DNA of 64,000 nucleotides from Opitutales bacterium (GCA_049598495.1 JBMYNR010000001.1:72172-136171); one strand, 5' to 3'; shown: positions 19,308-29,797, counted from the stretch's first letter. Notes: a model not told the origin generated them from the letters alone. Made by a program: numbers and translations.

Positions 19308-20278
19308 TCGCTGCAAAGGTGCTCGAAGCCTTCATTCCAGGGGAGCGGTTCTTTTGAATTCTTATCGAGATAGTGACCGCCCGATTTCGATTTTGTGAGC
19401 TGTCCGATATGGTTTAGGGCGGTTTGCGGAAAGGCTTTTTTCCAGGCGGTCGTAAATCGAACCGGGTCCACGGAAGGCTTCAGTGTAAATAACAGTTCGT
19501 AGTCTTCTCCGTCACAGAATGCATGTTCCATCGCACGACGCCCGCTTCGGTTTGCAGTTTTGATTGCGTCTTCTGAGACAGGAATAGCTGCCCTATCCAG
19601 TAGGGCGGCGCAACCTTCGGGAATGAGCGCCTTCAAGTCTTTGGCTAGGCCGTCGGTCAAATCCATCATACTCGCACAGGCACCAGACTGAAGTAGCCAT
19701 TGACCCTCAGCTAGGCGTGGTTCGAAAGCGTAGTGTTTTGATATCAAGCTACCACCCAGGCTGCCCGTTACATATATTGGGCAATCTTCAGTTGCTCCAG
19801 TTCGTAGAATTGGATCTTTGTCGACATGGCCAGTCTGCGTTAGGACAGCCGTGAAATTTCCTTTGTCCAGGGCACTGATGTCACCGCCAACTATCTGGAC
19901 CTTGTAAGTCAGGCAGGATTCCCTGATGCCTTCGATGAAAGCTTGCAACCAGTCGATTCGTATATCCGGTCCGCAGAGCAAGTTGAGCAGTGCTGCGCCC
20001 GGCGTGCCTCCCATGGCGGCGATATCGCTTAGATTGCGTTTTATCAGTTTGGCGCCCGCTTGATCCGGGCGGATAGAGTCGTCGAAGTGTTGCCCGTAAC
20101 TGAGGCTGTCGGTCGTTAATATTTGGCGGGTTTTATTGTCCAAAGATAACACCGCGCAGTCATCTCCCATGCCTCTAGGTGGGGGAGGGGATGCTGGGCC
20201 GAGCCATTTGCCGATTTCTTTAATGAGGCGGGCTTCTCCAAGTGCGGAGATACGTTCGCTTTGCCTTGTTGTGAACAT
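19304..20278 (-). CDS. thiL: Thiamine-monophosphate kinase
   Basis: [35 protein letters not shown]. Confidence 0.93.
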   Translation of the reverse strand: MFTTRQSERISALGEARLIKEIGKWLGPASPPPPRGMGDDCAVLSLDNKTRQILTTDSLSYGQHFDDSIRPDQAGAKLIKRNLSDIAAMGGTPGAALLNLLCGPDIRIDWLQAFIEGIRESCLTYKVQIVGGDISALDKGNFTAVLTQTGHVDKDPILRTGATEDCPIYVTGSLGGSLISKHYAFEPRLAEGQWLLQSGACASMMDLTDGLAKDLKALIPEGCAALLDRAAIPVSEDAIKTANRSGRRAMEHAFCDGEDYELLFTLKPSVDPVRFTTAWKKAFPQTALNHIGQLTKSKSGGHYLDKNSKEPLPWNEGFEHLCSE

Positions 20279-20289
20279 GCATTAAAAGC

Positions 20290-21075
20290 TTATAACTCCA
20301 GTAAGACGGGGCAGTGGTCAGAGCCTTCTACTTCGTCTAGGATATTTGCATTGGCGACACGATCTTTCAAGGCCGATGAGATGCAAAAGTAGTCAATGCG
20401 CCAGCCGATGTTGCGCTTGCGTGCCCCTGCACGGTAGGACCACCAACTGTAGCGTCCGCTTACATCTTGGTGCAGTAGGCGGAAAGTATCGATGAAGCCG
20501 GCCTCTAGGATGGCGTCGAAACGGGCGCGTTCCTCGTCTGTGAATCCCGCGTTCTTTCTATTTGTCTTTGGGTTGGCGAGGTCGATCTCGGTATGAGCCA
20601 CATTGAGATCCCCGCAAAATACGACCGGTTTTTTAATCTCCAGTTCTCTTACAAATGCGAGAAAATCAAGATCCCACTCCTGGGTGCGGTAGTCGAGGCG
20701 TCGGGGGCGTTTGTTCTCGTCGTGATTTTGTGAGTTGGGTGTATAAACCGTTACTAGGAAGTAGTCCTCAAATTCTGCCGTAATGACGCGCCCCTCCCGG
20801 TCATGCTTATCAATCCCTAAGCCATAGCGAACAGAAAGCGGTTCCGTTTTCGATAGAATCGCAGTGCCCGAGTAGCCCTTTTTTTCCGCGCAATTCCAGT
20901 AAACATAAGGATAGCCTTCAAATTCGAATTGCTCGACTAGATCGTTCGATATTTTGGTCTCTTGTAAGCATACAACATCGGCATTTTCAGCGGCAATAAA
21001 TCCGTGAAAACCCTTTTTGATCGCGGCACGCAGGCCATTGACGTTCCAAGAGATTAATTTGCGGGATGATGTCAT
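20290..21075 (-). CDS. xth: Exodeoxyribonuclease III
   Basis: [41 protein letters not shown]; start at ATG 21075. Confidence 0.95.
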   Translation of the reverse strand: MTSSRKLISWNVNGLRAAIKKGFHGFIAAENADVVCLQETKISNDLVEQFEFEGYPYVYWNCAEKKGYSGTAILSKTEPLSVRYGLGIDKHDREGRVITAEFEDYFLVTVYTPNSQNHDENKRPRRLDYRTQEWDLDFLAFVRELEIKKPVVFCGDLNVAHTEIDLANPKTNRKNAGFTDEERARFDAILEAGFIDTFRLLHQDVSGRYSWWSYRAGARKRNIGWRIDYFCISSALKDRVANANILDEVEGSDHCPVLLEL

Positions 21076-21279
21076 ATCTATGCGGATGATCGAAGCGACG
21101 AAATCTGTTCCATTCGAAACTGAGCTCGAATACATAGAAAGGCTGCGCTCAATGAAAAGCAAGCGATACACAATCGGAAAGGATGCTTCGTGTCTGTGGG
21201 GTTCGAACTCTTGCCTCGGCGTAGCTCAACGAGCGTAGACGGTTGGTCAATGCCGAGTCGTATCGGACGATTTTTTGTT

Positions 21280-21370
21280 AACCGCTAAAACACGCTAAGG
21301 GAACGCTAAAACCTTGGTTCCGAGTCTTGCTCCTTCAGTTTTAGCGAAAATGGAGCGTCATTAAGCGGTT
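21280..21370. repeat. Imperfect inverted repeat of three CGCT modules
   Basis: AACCGCTAAAACACGCTAAGGGAACGCTAAAA versus TTTTAGCGAAAATGGAGCGTCATTAAGCGGTT. Confidence 0.65.
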
Positions 21371-21561
21371 TAAACAAAGAAGCAATGCCCTCAGTCCTTC
21401 ATCGGGTGGGTTTGTGCTCCGTCGACCTTCCTATTTTCTTGGGAGTTCGTCCTGGTGATGCGATGGTATGTTGATCGTATTGTCAGCCTGTCATCAATGG
21501 CTGTGCTCTTTGTGCACAAAGACATTGTCTTTTATGAAGAAGGTTCTCTTCCTCCTACGGC

Positions 21562-23109
21562 ATGAATCCATCGTCTAGATCCGTCGCTCTTGTCGGCCGC
21601 CCGAATGTAGGGAAAAGTCGCTTGTTTAATCGGCTTTGCGGAAAGCGCATGTCCATTGTTCACGACATGCCCGGGGTGACGCGTGACCTGATCTCGACCG
21701 AGGTTCGGGATGACTATGTTCTGCTGGACACGGGTGGCATCGGGATGGAGTTGGAAATGACGCCCAAGAATATTGCCACGGCGGCTGAGGAGCAGGTTGA
21801 GTTCGCGATTCAGGCGGCCACGGTCATTCTCTTTGTCGTCGATGTCCGCGCTGGAATCACTGCGCTGGATGAAATGGTAGGACAGAAACTACGCCGCTAC
21901 GGGGAACAGGTAGTTCTAGTCACGAACAAGGTGGATCGCGAGGAGGACGAAGGCGAAGCGGATGAATTTGTCCGTCTTGGTTTGGGCGATCCTGTTCGGG
22001 TATCTGCCGAGCATGGCCGGGGCATCCTCGAGCTCGAGCGTGAGATTGACGAGCGTCTTGGGCCGAAGCCGGAAGGTTGTGAGGCGGATAAGTCCAAGCG
22101 TATAAGGATTTCGCTCATTGGGCGCCCAAATGTGGGCAAATCCTCGATCGGCAACAAGCTGCTCAACTCGACTCGGTTGATTGTGAGCGATATTGCCGGC
22201 ACAACGCGCGATTCCGTGGAGCTTGATCTCGACTATCAGCATAAAGACGGCGAGCTGCTCAAGTTCCGCATGGCGGATACCGCAGGTCTGAGGATGAAGC
22301 GTAAGGTGGATAGTCCCGTTGAGTATTTTTCCACGGTTCGCACGCAGGCAGCGATGGAACGCTCGGATGTCGTCTTTCTTGTCATTGATGCGGTCGATGG
22401 GGTCACCAAGCAGGACCAAGCCCTCGCTGGTGAGATTCTCGATGCCGGTCGTGCGCTCGTCGTGGTGGTGAATAAATGGGACCGTATCATTGAGCAATGG
22501 GAGGAGGAACCCATCGAGGGATACAAAAATTTAAAGCATTTCCTGAAGACTTATGAAGCGTCCCTTCGTAAAGAGATGTTCTTCCTGCCAAATCCGCCTG
22601 TGCTCTTTGTCTCGGCCAAAACGGGTTTTGAAATCGAATCGATGTTGGAGGCGGCAGCCGCACTTCAGGCCACCCTCGATATGAAACTGCCTACGGGGCG
22701 CCTAAACAGCCTCATTCAGAAACTCTTCGAGGCTCGCGCGCCCAAGTTGGTTGGGATCAAGCGTTTTAAAGTCTTTTATGCTGTGCAAACAGCCTCCCGC
22801 CCGTTGCGCATTCGGTTCTTTTGCAATCGGGTGGAGCGTCTCGAACCTTCCTACCGACGCTATCTTGAAAAGGCGATTATCCATGAGTTCCAGCTCAATG
22901 GCTGTCCGGTGCGGTTTGATCTTGTTGGGAAGGAACGGCGCTACGAAGAAGGCGAAGGCGAAGGGGCGCCTCGCCAGAGTCGTGAGATTCAGGATAAGAA
23001 TCGCATACGCAAGCAGGGCGACAAAGCCTTTGAGAAGAAGCACCCCGAGCGCCGAAAGAAGATCGTTCAGAAAAAGGCCTCCCACAATCGAGGCGGCAGG
23101 AAGGGCTAG
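21562..23109 (+). CDS. der: Ribosome biogenesis GTPase Der (EngA)
   Basis: Two GRPNVGKS P-loops, PGVTRD/AGTTRD, DTGG/DTAG, NKVD/NKWD. Confidence 0.96.
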   Translation: MNPSSRSVALVGRPNVGKSRLFNRLCGKRMSIVHDMPGVTRDLISTEVRDDYVLLDTGGIGMELEMTPKNIATAAEEQVEFAIQAATVILFVVDVRAGITALDEMVGQKLRRYGEQVVLVTNKVDREEDEGEADEFVRLGLGDPVRVSAEHGRGILELEREIDERLGPKPEGCEADKSKRIRISLIGRPNVGKSSIGNKLLNSTRLIVSDIAGTTRDSVELDLDYQHKDGELLKFRMADTAGLRMKRKVDSPVEYFSTVRTQAAMERSDVVFLVIDAVDGVTKQDQALAGEILDAGRALVVVVNKWDRIIEQWEEEPIEGYKNLKHFLKTYEASLRKEMFFLPNPPVLFVSAKTGFEIESMLEAAAALQATLDMKLPTGRLNSLIQKLFEARAPKLVGIKRFKVFYAVQTASRPLRIRFFCNRVERLEPSYRRYLEKAIIHEFQLNGCPVRFDLVGKERRYEEGEGEGAPRQSREIQDKNRIRKQGDKAFEKKHPERRKKIVQKKASHNRGGRKG

Positions 23110-23191
23110 TCGCTTTCCGCGGGGCGATGTCAATCGCGCCGACGTGTAATCCAGATTTTCAAAAGGGTCTGTCTTGTTTGAGGGTAGGACG

Positions 23192-23332
23192 TGCTCGCCG
23201 TTCCGAGTTGGCAACAAGACCGTTCCGACATGTCCGCTGTAGCCTGCGGCGGAGGGGGTAGCGTAGGCGGTCGGAATCGGACCACGTGCCGTTCGGCAAA
23301 TGAAATCGTATGCCCATATCATCTGGATTGTC
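23192..23332 (+). repeat. 141-bp dispersed repeat, left copy of an inverted pair
   Basis: Colinear with the reverse complement of 25255-25395, with scattered substitutions. Confidence 0.9.
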
Positions 23333-23400
23333 CGACGCTATTAGACGACGAACGGCGGTTGTTCCGGTTCGCGTCACGCCCAGTCGTGCCTGTCCCGCTA

Positions 23401-23946
23401 TCAGTTAGGCTGGTTGAACTTATAAATCCTCGGTGCGCCGTCGATTGAGGGTAGGATCGGTTCACTCCCAGTTTGGGCTTCGTGTTGTTCAGCAGTTTCA
23501 AATGCCTCCAGCATCCTTCTGGCGTCATCGCAGTGCTCGGTTCGATGCTTTTTGAAACTCAGAAGTCCTTCCACCAGAGGGATTGGGTGATCGAGTTTAG
23601 GCAATCGCTTCTCGAGTTGTAGAAGAAAACGTTGTGCGCCAGCATAGGTGGCGACACCCGGACCGTAATACCAGCCACGTCCACGTTCAAACTCACCGCG
23701 TATATCAGGGTTGCCGTCTGGACGGTGGTAGGTCGAGAGAACGGCTTCGAGAATTAGGAGATGAGGGCCGGCTATCTTTAGCCGTTGAACGGTGGCCTCG
23801 ATACAGTCACCAAAGCTCATATTGTGGCTCTCTCTGTCGTCCGAGTGGGCGAATCCACAGGAACGATTGTTTGCACTGTAACCGAGATCGATTGCAAGGA
23901 TAGGGAGTTTCGTATTAATCGTCGCGGTGAATGGCAAGGCCAGCAT
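23401..23946 (-). CDS. Hypothetical protein, possible RNase H-like fold
   Basis: ILAIDLGYS...CGFA and LILEAVL resemble RNase H-fold beta strands (YqgF/DUF429 type); start uncertain. Confidence 0.6.
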   Translation of the reverse strand: MLALPFTATINTKLPILAIDLGYSANNRSCGFAHSDDRESHNMSFGDCIEATVQRLKIAGPHLLILEAVLSTYHRPDGNPDIRGEFERGRGWYYGPGVATYAGAQRFLLQLEKRLPKLDHPIPLVEGLLSFKKHRTEHCDDARRMLEAFETAEQHEAQTGSEPILPSIDGAPRIYKFNQPN

Positions 23947-24059
23947 TCTTGAAGTATGCCGAAAGGGCGCCACCTGTCGATCCGTTCGACCTTTTTGCGA
24001 GATTTTTGGTATTGTTCACGCCCGCACCCGCAAACCTAAGCGGTGAAAATGCTTTGATT

Positions 24060-24093
24060 ATTCAAAATATAAGATTGCAAAATTCAAAATATA
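24060..24093 (+). promoter_or_regulatory. Direct repeat, putative operator
   Basis: ATTCAAAATATA at 24060 and 24082 (22-bp period) flanking TTGCAA, 16 bp before the ATG at 24110. Confidence 0.5.
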
Positions 24094-24109
24094 GCCAATC
24101 TGGGTAGGC

Positions 24110-24799
24110 ATGCATGCTTTCTTTATGTCCGCTGTCTGTTTATTCATAGCAACCGCTTTGGTTTCTGCCGAAGACACATTTGAGTGTTCGCTTAATACCC
24201 TTTGGGAGAGCCAATATGTGGCTGAGGGGCGGGAAGAGCTCGATGAGGGGGGGGTGTTTTCGACTGAAGTTTCCTTTGCCTATGGCGGTTTTGAATTGGG
24301 CGCTTGGGCTGCGGTCGCCGACTCGGTTCATTATCAGCAACTGGATCTTAGTCTTGTCTACGGCAATGAGTTTCATGGCGTCTCGTGGTCGGTGGGGTAT
24401 ACGCATCTGGAATTTGAGCCTGGGTCGGAAGACGATGATGAGTTAGCGACCGAACTGGAAACAGAATTACTTGCTGAGGTGACCATCGGCGCAGCATTGG
24501 TATATTCTTTTGAGGCTGATGGTTGCTTTCTCGAACTGACAGCCTCGCGGAGTTTCGAGCTTTTTGTGGATGGGCTTACGGTGACGCCTTATGGGCTCTA
24601 TGCCTTCGATTTCGGATATCGCACAGAGGACTACAATGGGGCGAATCACGTTCAACTTGGTATCGAGTGCGAATATGCGCTTGCCGATGACCTGTCATTG
24701 ATTGCCTACGCGGCGCACAGCTTTGCGCGGGAGGACATCGAGCGCGAAGGACTCGGGGATCTCGGTTGGGTTGGCTTCGGTTTGTCCGCAGTTTTTTAA
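24110..24799 (+). CDS. Putative outer-membrane beta-barrel protein (TorF-like porin)
   Basis: Signal peptide, alternating beta-strand pattern, C-terminal Phe (GFGLSAVF). Confidence 0.7.
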   Translation: MHAFFMSAVCLFIATALVSAEDTFECSLNTLWESQYVAEGREELDEGGVFSTEVSFAYGGFELGAWAAVADSVHYQQLDLSLVYGNEFHGVSWSVGYTHLEFEPGSEDDDELATELETELLAEVTIGAALVYSFEADGCFLELTASRSFELFVDGLTVTPYGLYAFDFGYRTEDYNGANHVQLGIECEYALADDLSLIAYAAHSFAREDIEREGLGDLGWVGFGLSAVF

Positions 24800-25058
24800 T
24801 GGTTCGTCGTCATTTTTCTGAGAACGACCAGAGCGTATGGTGATCGCCGACTCGGCATCGACGAGGGTCGAGCCCCCGCGAAAACAATCATTTCGCAGGG
24901 CCTTAGCTTGCTAAGGCCGCTTGCTGCTAAGAAGAAAAGGTTCATCGTCAAAGTCTGGGGCAAGATGATGCAGTGAAGCGGAGAAGGCTGTAGAGCTTAG
25001 GTTCTGCTACCAAGTTGAGAAAGGTAAGTCTCCATTGAGACTGCTAGGCTTGCTGCCG

Positions 25059-25129
25059 GACGCCCTGAAGGGCGCAGTCCAACGCTGCGAGCGCGTGGGG
25101 CTTTGTTGGAGTTCGGCCTTTAGGCCGTC
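25059..25129. repeat. REP-like inverted doublet, GGA(G/C) type
   Basis: GACGCCCTGAAGGGCGCAGTCCAAC and GTTGGAGTTCGGCCTTTAGGCCGTC. Confidence 0.65.
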
Positions 25130-25254
25130 TGATTCCATATTTAGAAAGCTTTCATTCGCGACACAGGGCACAAGGTAGCGAACTTGCGCCAGCAAGGTCG
25201 ACGGGCAAGCGCCTCCGTCTGTTCGGAACCCCAGACTGGCCGTCACGACTTACA

Positions 25255-25395
25255 GACAATCCGGATGATTTGGGCATACGCTGTCGTTTGCCGAACGGCG
25301 CGTGATCCGATTCCGACCGCCTACGCCAGCCCCTCCGCCGCAGGCTACGGCGGACATGTCGGATCGGTCTTGTCGCCAGCTCGGACCGGCGAGCA
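25255..25395 (-). repeat. 141-bp dispersed repeat, right (inverted) copy
   Basis: Reverse complement matches 23192-23332. Confidence 0.9.
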
Positions 25396-25588
25396 GGCCC
25401 GACCTCAAGAAAGTCCGAGCTCTTCCCCCCACTTTGACGATGACCCTAATATTCGGTTTCAGTCTTCGTCGGATTGGATCAGCGTCCTATTAGCGGTTAT
25501 CAGCGGTCAAAAATGCGTCTTGCTCGCTAAGGCCGCTTGCTGCGAAGAAGAAAATCGACCCTTCCTCAGACTTTGCGGTGGATCCTTT

Positions 25589-28390
25589 TTAGTGCGCCTC
25601 CAGCCAGTTGTTGCCCGTGCCCATGTCGATTTCGATGGGGCAGGCGAGTTTGAGGGCATCGATCATACCTTTTGTGACGATCACCTTCAGTTGTGATTCC
25701 TCATCAGGATGCATATCGAAAATAAGTTCGTCATGCACTTGTAGTAGCATACGGCTTTGGAGTCCGGCTTCCGTGATGGAATTCTGGATACGAGTCATTG
25801 CCAGTTTGATCATATCTGCGGCCGTTCCCTGAATGGGCATATTAATTGCGTTGCGCTCGGCTGCTGCACGGATGGTGCCGTTGCCTGAATTGATATCCCG
25901 AAGGTAGCGCCTTCGGCCGCAAACGGTTTCGACGTAGCCTTTTTCTTTGGCGCTTTGCTTTTGTGCCTCCATGTAGTCGGGAATGCCAGGGAACTGTGCG
26001 AAGTAGCTGTCTATAATTTCCTGCGCTTCAGTGCGGCTGACGGTGCCGAGGCGTTGTGCGAGCCCGAAAGCAGAGATGCCATAGGGAATGCCAAAGTTGA
26101 CCATCTTGGCGGTGCTTCGCTGGTCACGGGTGACCGCTTCCGGGGCGATTTGAAAAATCTTTGCTGCGGTAGCGGTGTGAATGTCTTGTCGCTCCTTGAA
26201 GGCGGTCAGGAGGCCTTCGTCGCCGGTCAGTGCGGCGAGTATGCGCAGTTCGATCTGTGAGTAGTCGGCGGCGAGAAGCTTCCAGCCCTTGCGTGGGACA
26301 AATGCCTTTCGTATCTCGCGGCCCTTCGGACTGCGGACGGGAATATTTTGAAGATTGGGATCGTTTGAACTGAGTCGCCCCGTGGCGGTTTGCGCCTGAC
26401 CGTAGTGTGTGTGTACACGTCCGGTCTTGGCATCCACGGTGTTGGGGAGGGCGTCGATATATGTGCTTTTAAGTTTCGAGAGCTGGCGATATTCGAGCAG
26501 GTCGGCCACGATGGGATGCTTCGGGGCAAGGGTGGAGAGCACTTGCTCGTTGGTAGCATATTGTCCCGTCTTCGTCTTCTTTGGTTTTTCGACCAATTTC
26601 AACTCGTCGAAGAGTACCTCACCCAACTGTTTTGGGGAGTTGAGGTTGAATTCTCGTCCTGCTGCGTCGTAGACGGCGTTCCGAAGATCGATGATATGTC
26701 CTTCGATCGAAGCACCGATTTCCTTTAAGGTTTCCTCGCACATGGCGATGCCCTCGCGTTCCATAGCGACCAGTACGGGCAGGAGCGGAGTTTCGATCTC
26801 ATAAAAGACCTTGTCTTGGCCGCATTCCTCAAGCTTCGGCTTGAAAAGTGTCCAGAGCTGGAGAGCCACGTCGGCATCCTCGATCGCGTAGTTGGCAAGG
26901 GTGGTCTCGTCGACTCCCGAGTAGTCGATTTTTTCGCCCTTTTTGATGTCGGGCATCAGTTCGCTGAAACGAATGGGGGAATATTGAAGGAAATCCTCGG
27001 AAAGGGTGTCGAGATTGTGGCGCTGCTCCGGGTCGATCAGCGAGTGGGCGAGCATCGTGTCGTAGCAGGCGCCCGCTACGGGGCAGCCGTTTTCTGCCAT
27101 TACCGCCAGGTCGAACTTAAGGTTATGCCCGATCTTTGCTATACTGGCATCGGCGAAAACAGGTCGTAGGGCCGAGAGTGCAGCTTCGGAGGCCGGCACC
27201 CAATAGCCACTGTGCTTTTTGATTGAGAAGGAGATGCCGATGAGCTCGGCGGCACGCGGATTGAGGGCCGTGGTCTCGGTGTCGAAGGCGAAGCTGCCGG
27301 CCTTTGAGAGTTCTTCGACGAGCGTTTCAATATCCGAATCCGTTTTTGCAATACGGTAACTGGCCCTAATATCGGCGAGTTTTTTAAAGGAAATCTCAGG
27401 TATGAGGTCGAGTTGGTCGGTTGGTGCAGGGCGGGAGTTCTGCAATCCCGGGGTGTTCCTTTCGTCGTCTTCGCTCATGAGGACAAGGTCTGTGGCGGAT
27501 TCCTGGACGGAGAAATCGGCTCCGAAGATACGTTTGCCTAGGGTGCGGAACTCGAACTCGGCGAAGATGGGGACGAGTTTCTCCTTGTCGGGTGAATCGA
27601 GGACAATGTCGTCCCAGTTGGCCTCGATTGGAACATCCATCTGGATGGTGGCGAGTATTTTGGAGAGGCGTGCCTGCTCGGAGTTGTTACGAACCTTCTC
27701 CTGCTGCTTGCCTTTGAGTTCATCGACATGCTCTAAGAGCCCTTCAACTGTGTCGTATTGGGCGAGTAGCTTCTCCGCTGTCTTTGGGCCGATTCCGGGA
27801 ATTCCTGGGATGTTATCGACCTTGTCACCACAGAGACCGAGCATGTCGATCACCTGGTCGACCCGTGCGATACCCCATTTCTCCTTCACTTCGTTGATAC
27901 CCCAGATCTCGGCGCCATCCCCTTTGTGACCGGGGCGATAAATCTTAACCTTCTCGGTGACCAGTTGCCCAAAATCCTTATCCGGAGTGACCATGTAGAT
28001 TTCATCGAAACCGTCCGCTTCAGCGCGGTGGGCGAGGGTGCCGATGATATCGTCGGCCTCGTAGCCGTCCAGTTTGAGCACAGGGATCCCGAATGCTTCG
28101 GCCATACGGTCGAGATGTGGCATGGCGGCGGCCAGATCCTCGGGCATCTCTTCTCGATTGGCTTTGTATTCCGGATGAATACGGTGGCGCTCGGTCGGGG
28201 CGGAGGTATCAAAAACAACGGCCAGATGGCTTGGCTTCTGTTTAGTGATCAGGTCGATCAAGGTGGCGGTGAAGCCGAAGATCGCCGAGGTGTTGAATCC
28301 CCTGGACGTGTAAATCGGGCTCCGTATGAGGGCGAAGTGGGCTCGGTAGGCCAGCGCCATACCGTCGAGGAGGTAGAGAGTTTTATTCAA
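25589..28390 (-). CDS. polA: DNA polymerase I
   Basis: 5'-3' exonuclease (LLDG, EADDIIGTL), FDTET, ADYSQIELR, KMVNFGIPYG, LQVHDEL. Confidence 0.98.
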   Translation of the reverse strand: MNKTLYLLDGMALAYRAHFALIRSPIYTSRGFNTSAIFGFTATLIDLITKQKPSHLAVVFDTSAPTERHRIHPEYKANREEMPEDLAAAMPHLDRMAEAFGIPVLKLDGYEADDIIGTLAHRAEADGFDEIYMVTPDKDFGQLVTEKVKIYRPGHKGDGAEIWGINEVKEKWGIARVDQVIDMLGLCGDKVDNIPGIPGIGPKTAEKLLAQYDTVEGLLEHVDELKGKQQEKVRNNSEQARLSKILATIQMDVPIEANWDDIVLDSPDKEKLVPIFAEFEFRTLGKRIFGADFSVQESATDLVLMSEDDERNTPGLQNSRPAPTDQLDLIPEISFKKLADIRASYRIAKTDSDIETLVEELSKAGSFAFDTETTALNPRAAELIGISFSIKKHSGYWVPASEAALSALRPVFADASIAKIGHNLKFDLAVMAENGCPVAGACYDTMLAHSLIDPEQRHNLDTLSEDFLQYSPIRFSELMPDIKKGEKIDYSGVDETTLANYAIEDADVALQLWTLFKPKLEECGQDKVFYEIETPLLPVLVAMEREGIAMCEETLKEIGASIEGHIIDLRNAVYDAAGREFNLNSPKQLGEVLFDELKLVEKPKKTKTGQYATNEQVLSTLAPKHPIVADLLEYRQLSKLKSTYIDALPNTVDAKTGRVHTHYGQAQTATGRLSSNDPNLQNIPVRSPKGREIRKAFVPRKGWKLLAADYSQIELRILAALTGDEGLLTAFKERQDIHTATAAKIFQIAPEAVTRDQRSTAKMVNFGIPYGISAFGLAQRLGTVSRTEAQEIIDSYFAQFPGIPDYMEAQKQSAKEKGYVETVCGRRRYLRDINSGNGTIRAAAERNAINMPIQGTAADMIKLAMTRIQNSITEAGLQSRMLLQVHDELIFDMHPDEESQLKVIVTKGMIDALKLACPIEIDMGTGNNWLEAH

Positions 28391-28414
28391 TGGTGCGTGA
28401 GGAATTGAAAATGA

Positions 28415-29797
28415 CTAGAGGATCTCGGTTACGAGTTTCTTGAGATAGTCGCGACCATCTTCCTTGTTGTCAAAGGTGCCGTCGAGCTGAGCTTCGTAGG
28501 CGCGATCTAGAATATTTCGAAAATGAGGCCCCGGTTTGAGGCCGAGTTCGATGAGATGGCGGCCGAGGAAGATTGGCTTCGGCGCATTGTCCTGAATGGC
28601 GAGGGCGGTTGCGCGTTCGAGGAGCCAGGCGCCTTCGGGAAATTCGTCGGGCGGAATCGGGGGGCGGCCATGCTTGTCGGCATGCGCGACACGGGTGAGG
28701 CGGTCGAGTCGTTTGACACGGGCGGCGAGTCGGCGAATGGCGGAGTCGCCTGCGCCTTCGCGATAGAGTGCTAATGGACGCATGTGCTCTTCGACTAGTG
28801 GAAGAACCTCCTCAAAGATTTTCTTTTGGCGTGTGAAGCGTTCGAGAAAGGCTTTTGCCACTGGGACGCCCTTGAGATCGTGGCGAGGACTGCGGATGTG
28901 TCCGTCCCTGTCCGTATAGCTGGTATCCGGCTTACCGAAGTCGTGACAGAGCACCGCGAGGCCGACAACGAGGTCTTCCCATTCCTCGCCGATACGGTGG
29001 TCGGCGTAGGCATCGAGGCAATGGAGGGTATGTATCCAGACATCGCCTTCCGGGTGCCATTGTGGGTCCTGCTCGCAACCGACAAGGGCATCGAGTTCGG
29101 GGAAATGCTTCAGCCAGTCGCAGGCTCGCAAAAACTCGAGTCCTTTGGAGATCATTTCTCCTTTAAGGATGAGTTTCTTCCATTCTTCCCAAAGACGTTC
29201 GGCGGGGAGGTCGGCGGGACTGAGAGATTGGCAAAGGGCAACCGTCTCTAGTTCTGCGCTGAGCCCGAATCGAGCAATGAACTGCATGCCACGAAGGACG
29301 CGAAGTGGGTCTTCGCTGAAAGCTGTTGAGACATGCCGAAGCTTCCGTTTATCGAGATCTTTGGCACCGTTGAATGGATCAATGACTTCGCCGGTGAGAG
29401 GGTCGCAACTAATCGCGTTGATGGTGAAGTCGCGACGCGAGGCGGCTTCCTTTGGGGACATGTTCGGGTCGCCCACGACTTGGAAGTCAGTGTGTCTCGG
29501 GCCGGTCTTCGACTCGCGACGAGGCAGAGCAATATCCATGTTGAGCCCCTTGAGGATAAATACGCCAAAGCTTCGCCCCACAGTGTCCAAGCGGAAGTGC
29601 TCGGTTAAAACGCGTTCGATCACATCAGCTTCAAGGCCATAAACCTCCATATCGATGTCTTTTGCGGGAATCTGCAAAAGCGCATCACGAACACAGCCGC
29701 CGACCAAAAGTGCGCGTCCGCCCTCATGAGCTATGATTTCCGCGACACGGACACAACTCTGCCTCTGCCGGAGGGAAATGTTCTCTAGAATCTTCAT
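28415..29797 (-). CDS. CCA-adding/poly(A) polymerase family nucleotidyltransferase with HD domain
   Basis: [47 protein letters not shown]. Confidence 0.92.
   Translation of the reverse strand: MKILENISLRQRQSCVRVAEIIAHEGGRALLVGGCVRDALLQIPAKDIDMEVYGLEADVIERVLTEHFRLDTVGRSFGVFILKGLNMDIALPRRESKTGPRHTDFQVVGDPNMSPKEAASRRDFTINAISCDPLTGEVIDPFNGAKDLDKRKLRHVSTAFSEDPLRVLRGMQFIARFGLSAELETVALCQSLSPADLPAERLWEEWKKLILKGEMISKGLEFLRACDWLKHFPELDALVGCEQDPQWHPEGDVWIHTLHCLDAYADHRIGEEWEDLVVGLAVLCHDFGKPDTSYTDRDGHIRSPRHDLKGVPVAKAFLERFTRQKKIFEEVLPLVEEHMRPLALYREGAGDSAIRRLAARVKRLDRLTRVAHADKHGRPPIPPDEFPEGAWLLERATALAIQDNAPKPIFLGRHLIELGLKPGPHFRNILDRAYEAQLDGTFDNKEDGRDYLKKLVTEIL

Noticed and set aside
25184..25696. 170-aa ORF, and 22702-23322, sharing a MIWAY..CRTAR peptide
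   Set aside because: The shared peptide is just the 141-bp repeat translated; the remainder is antisense to polA or der
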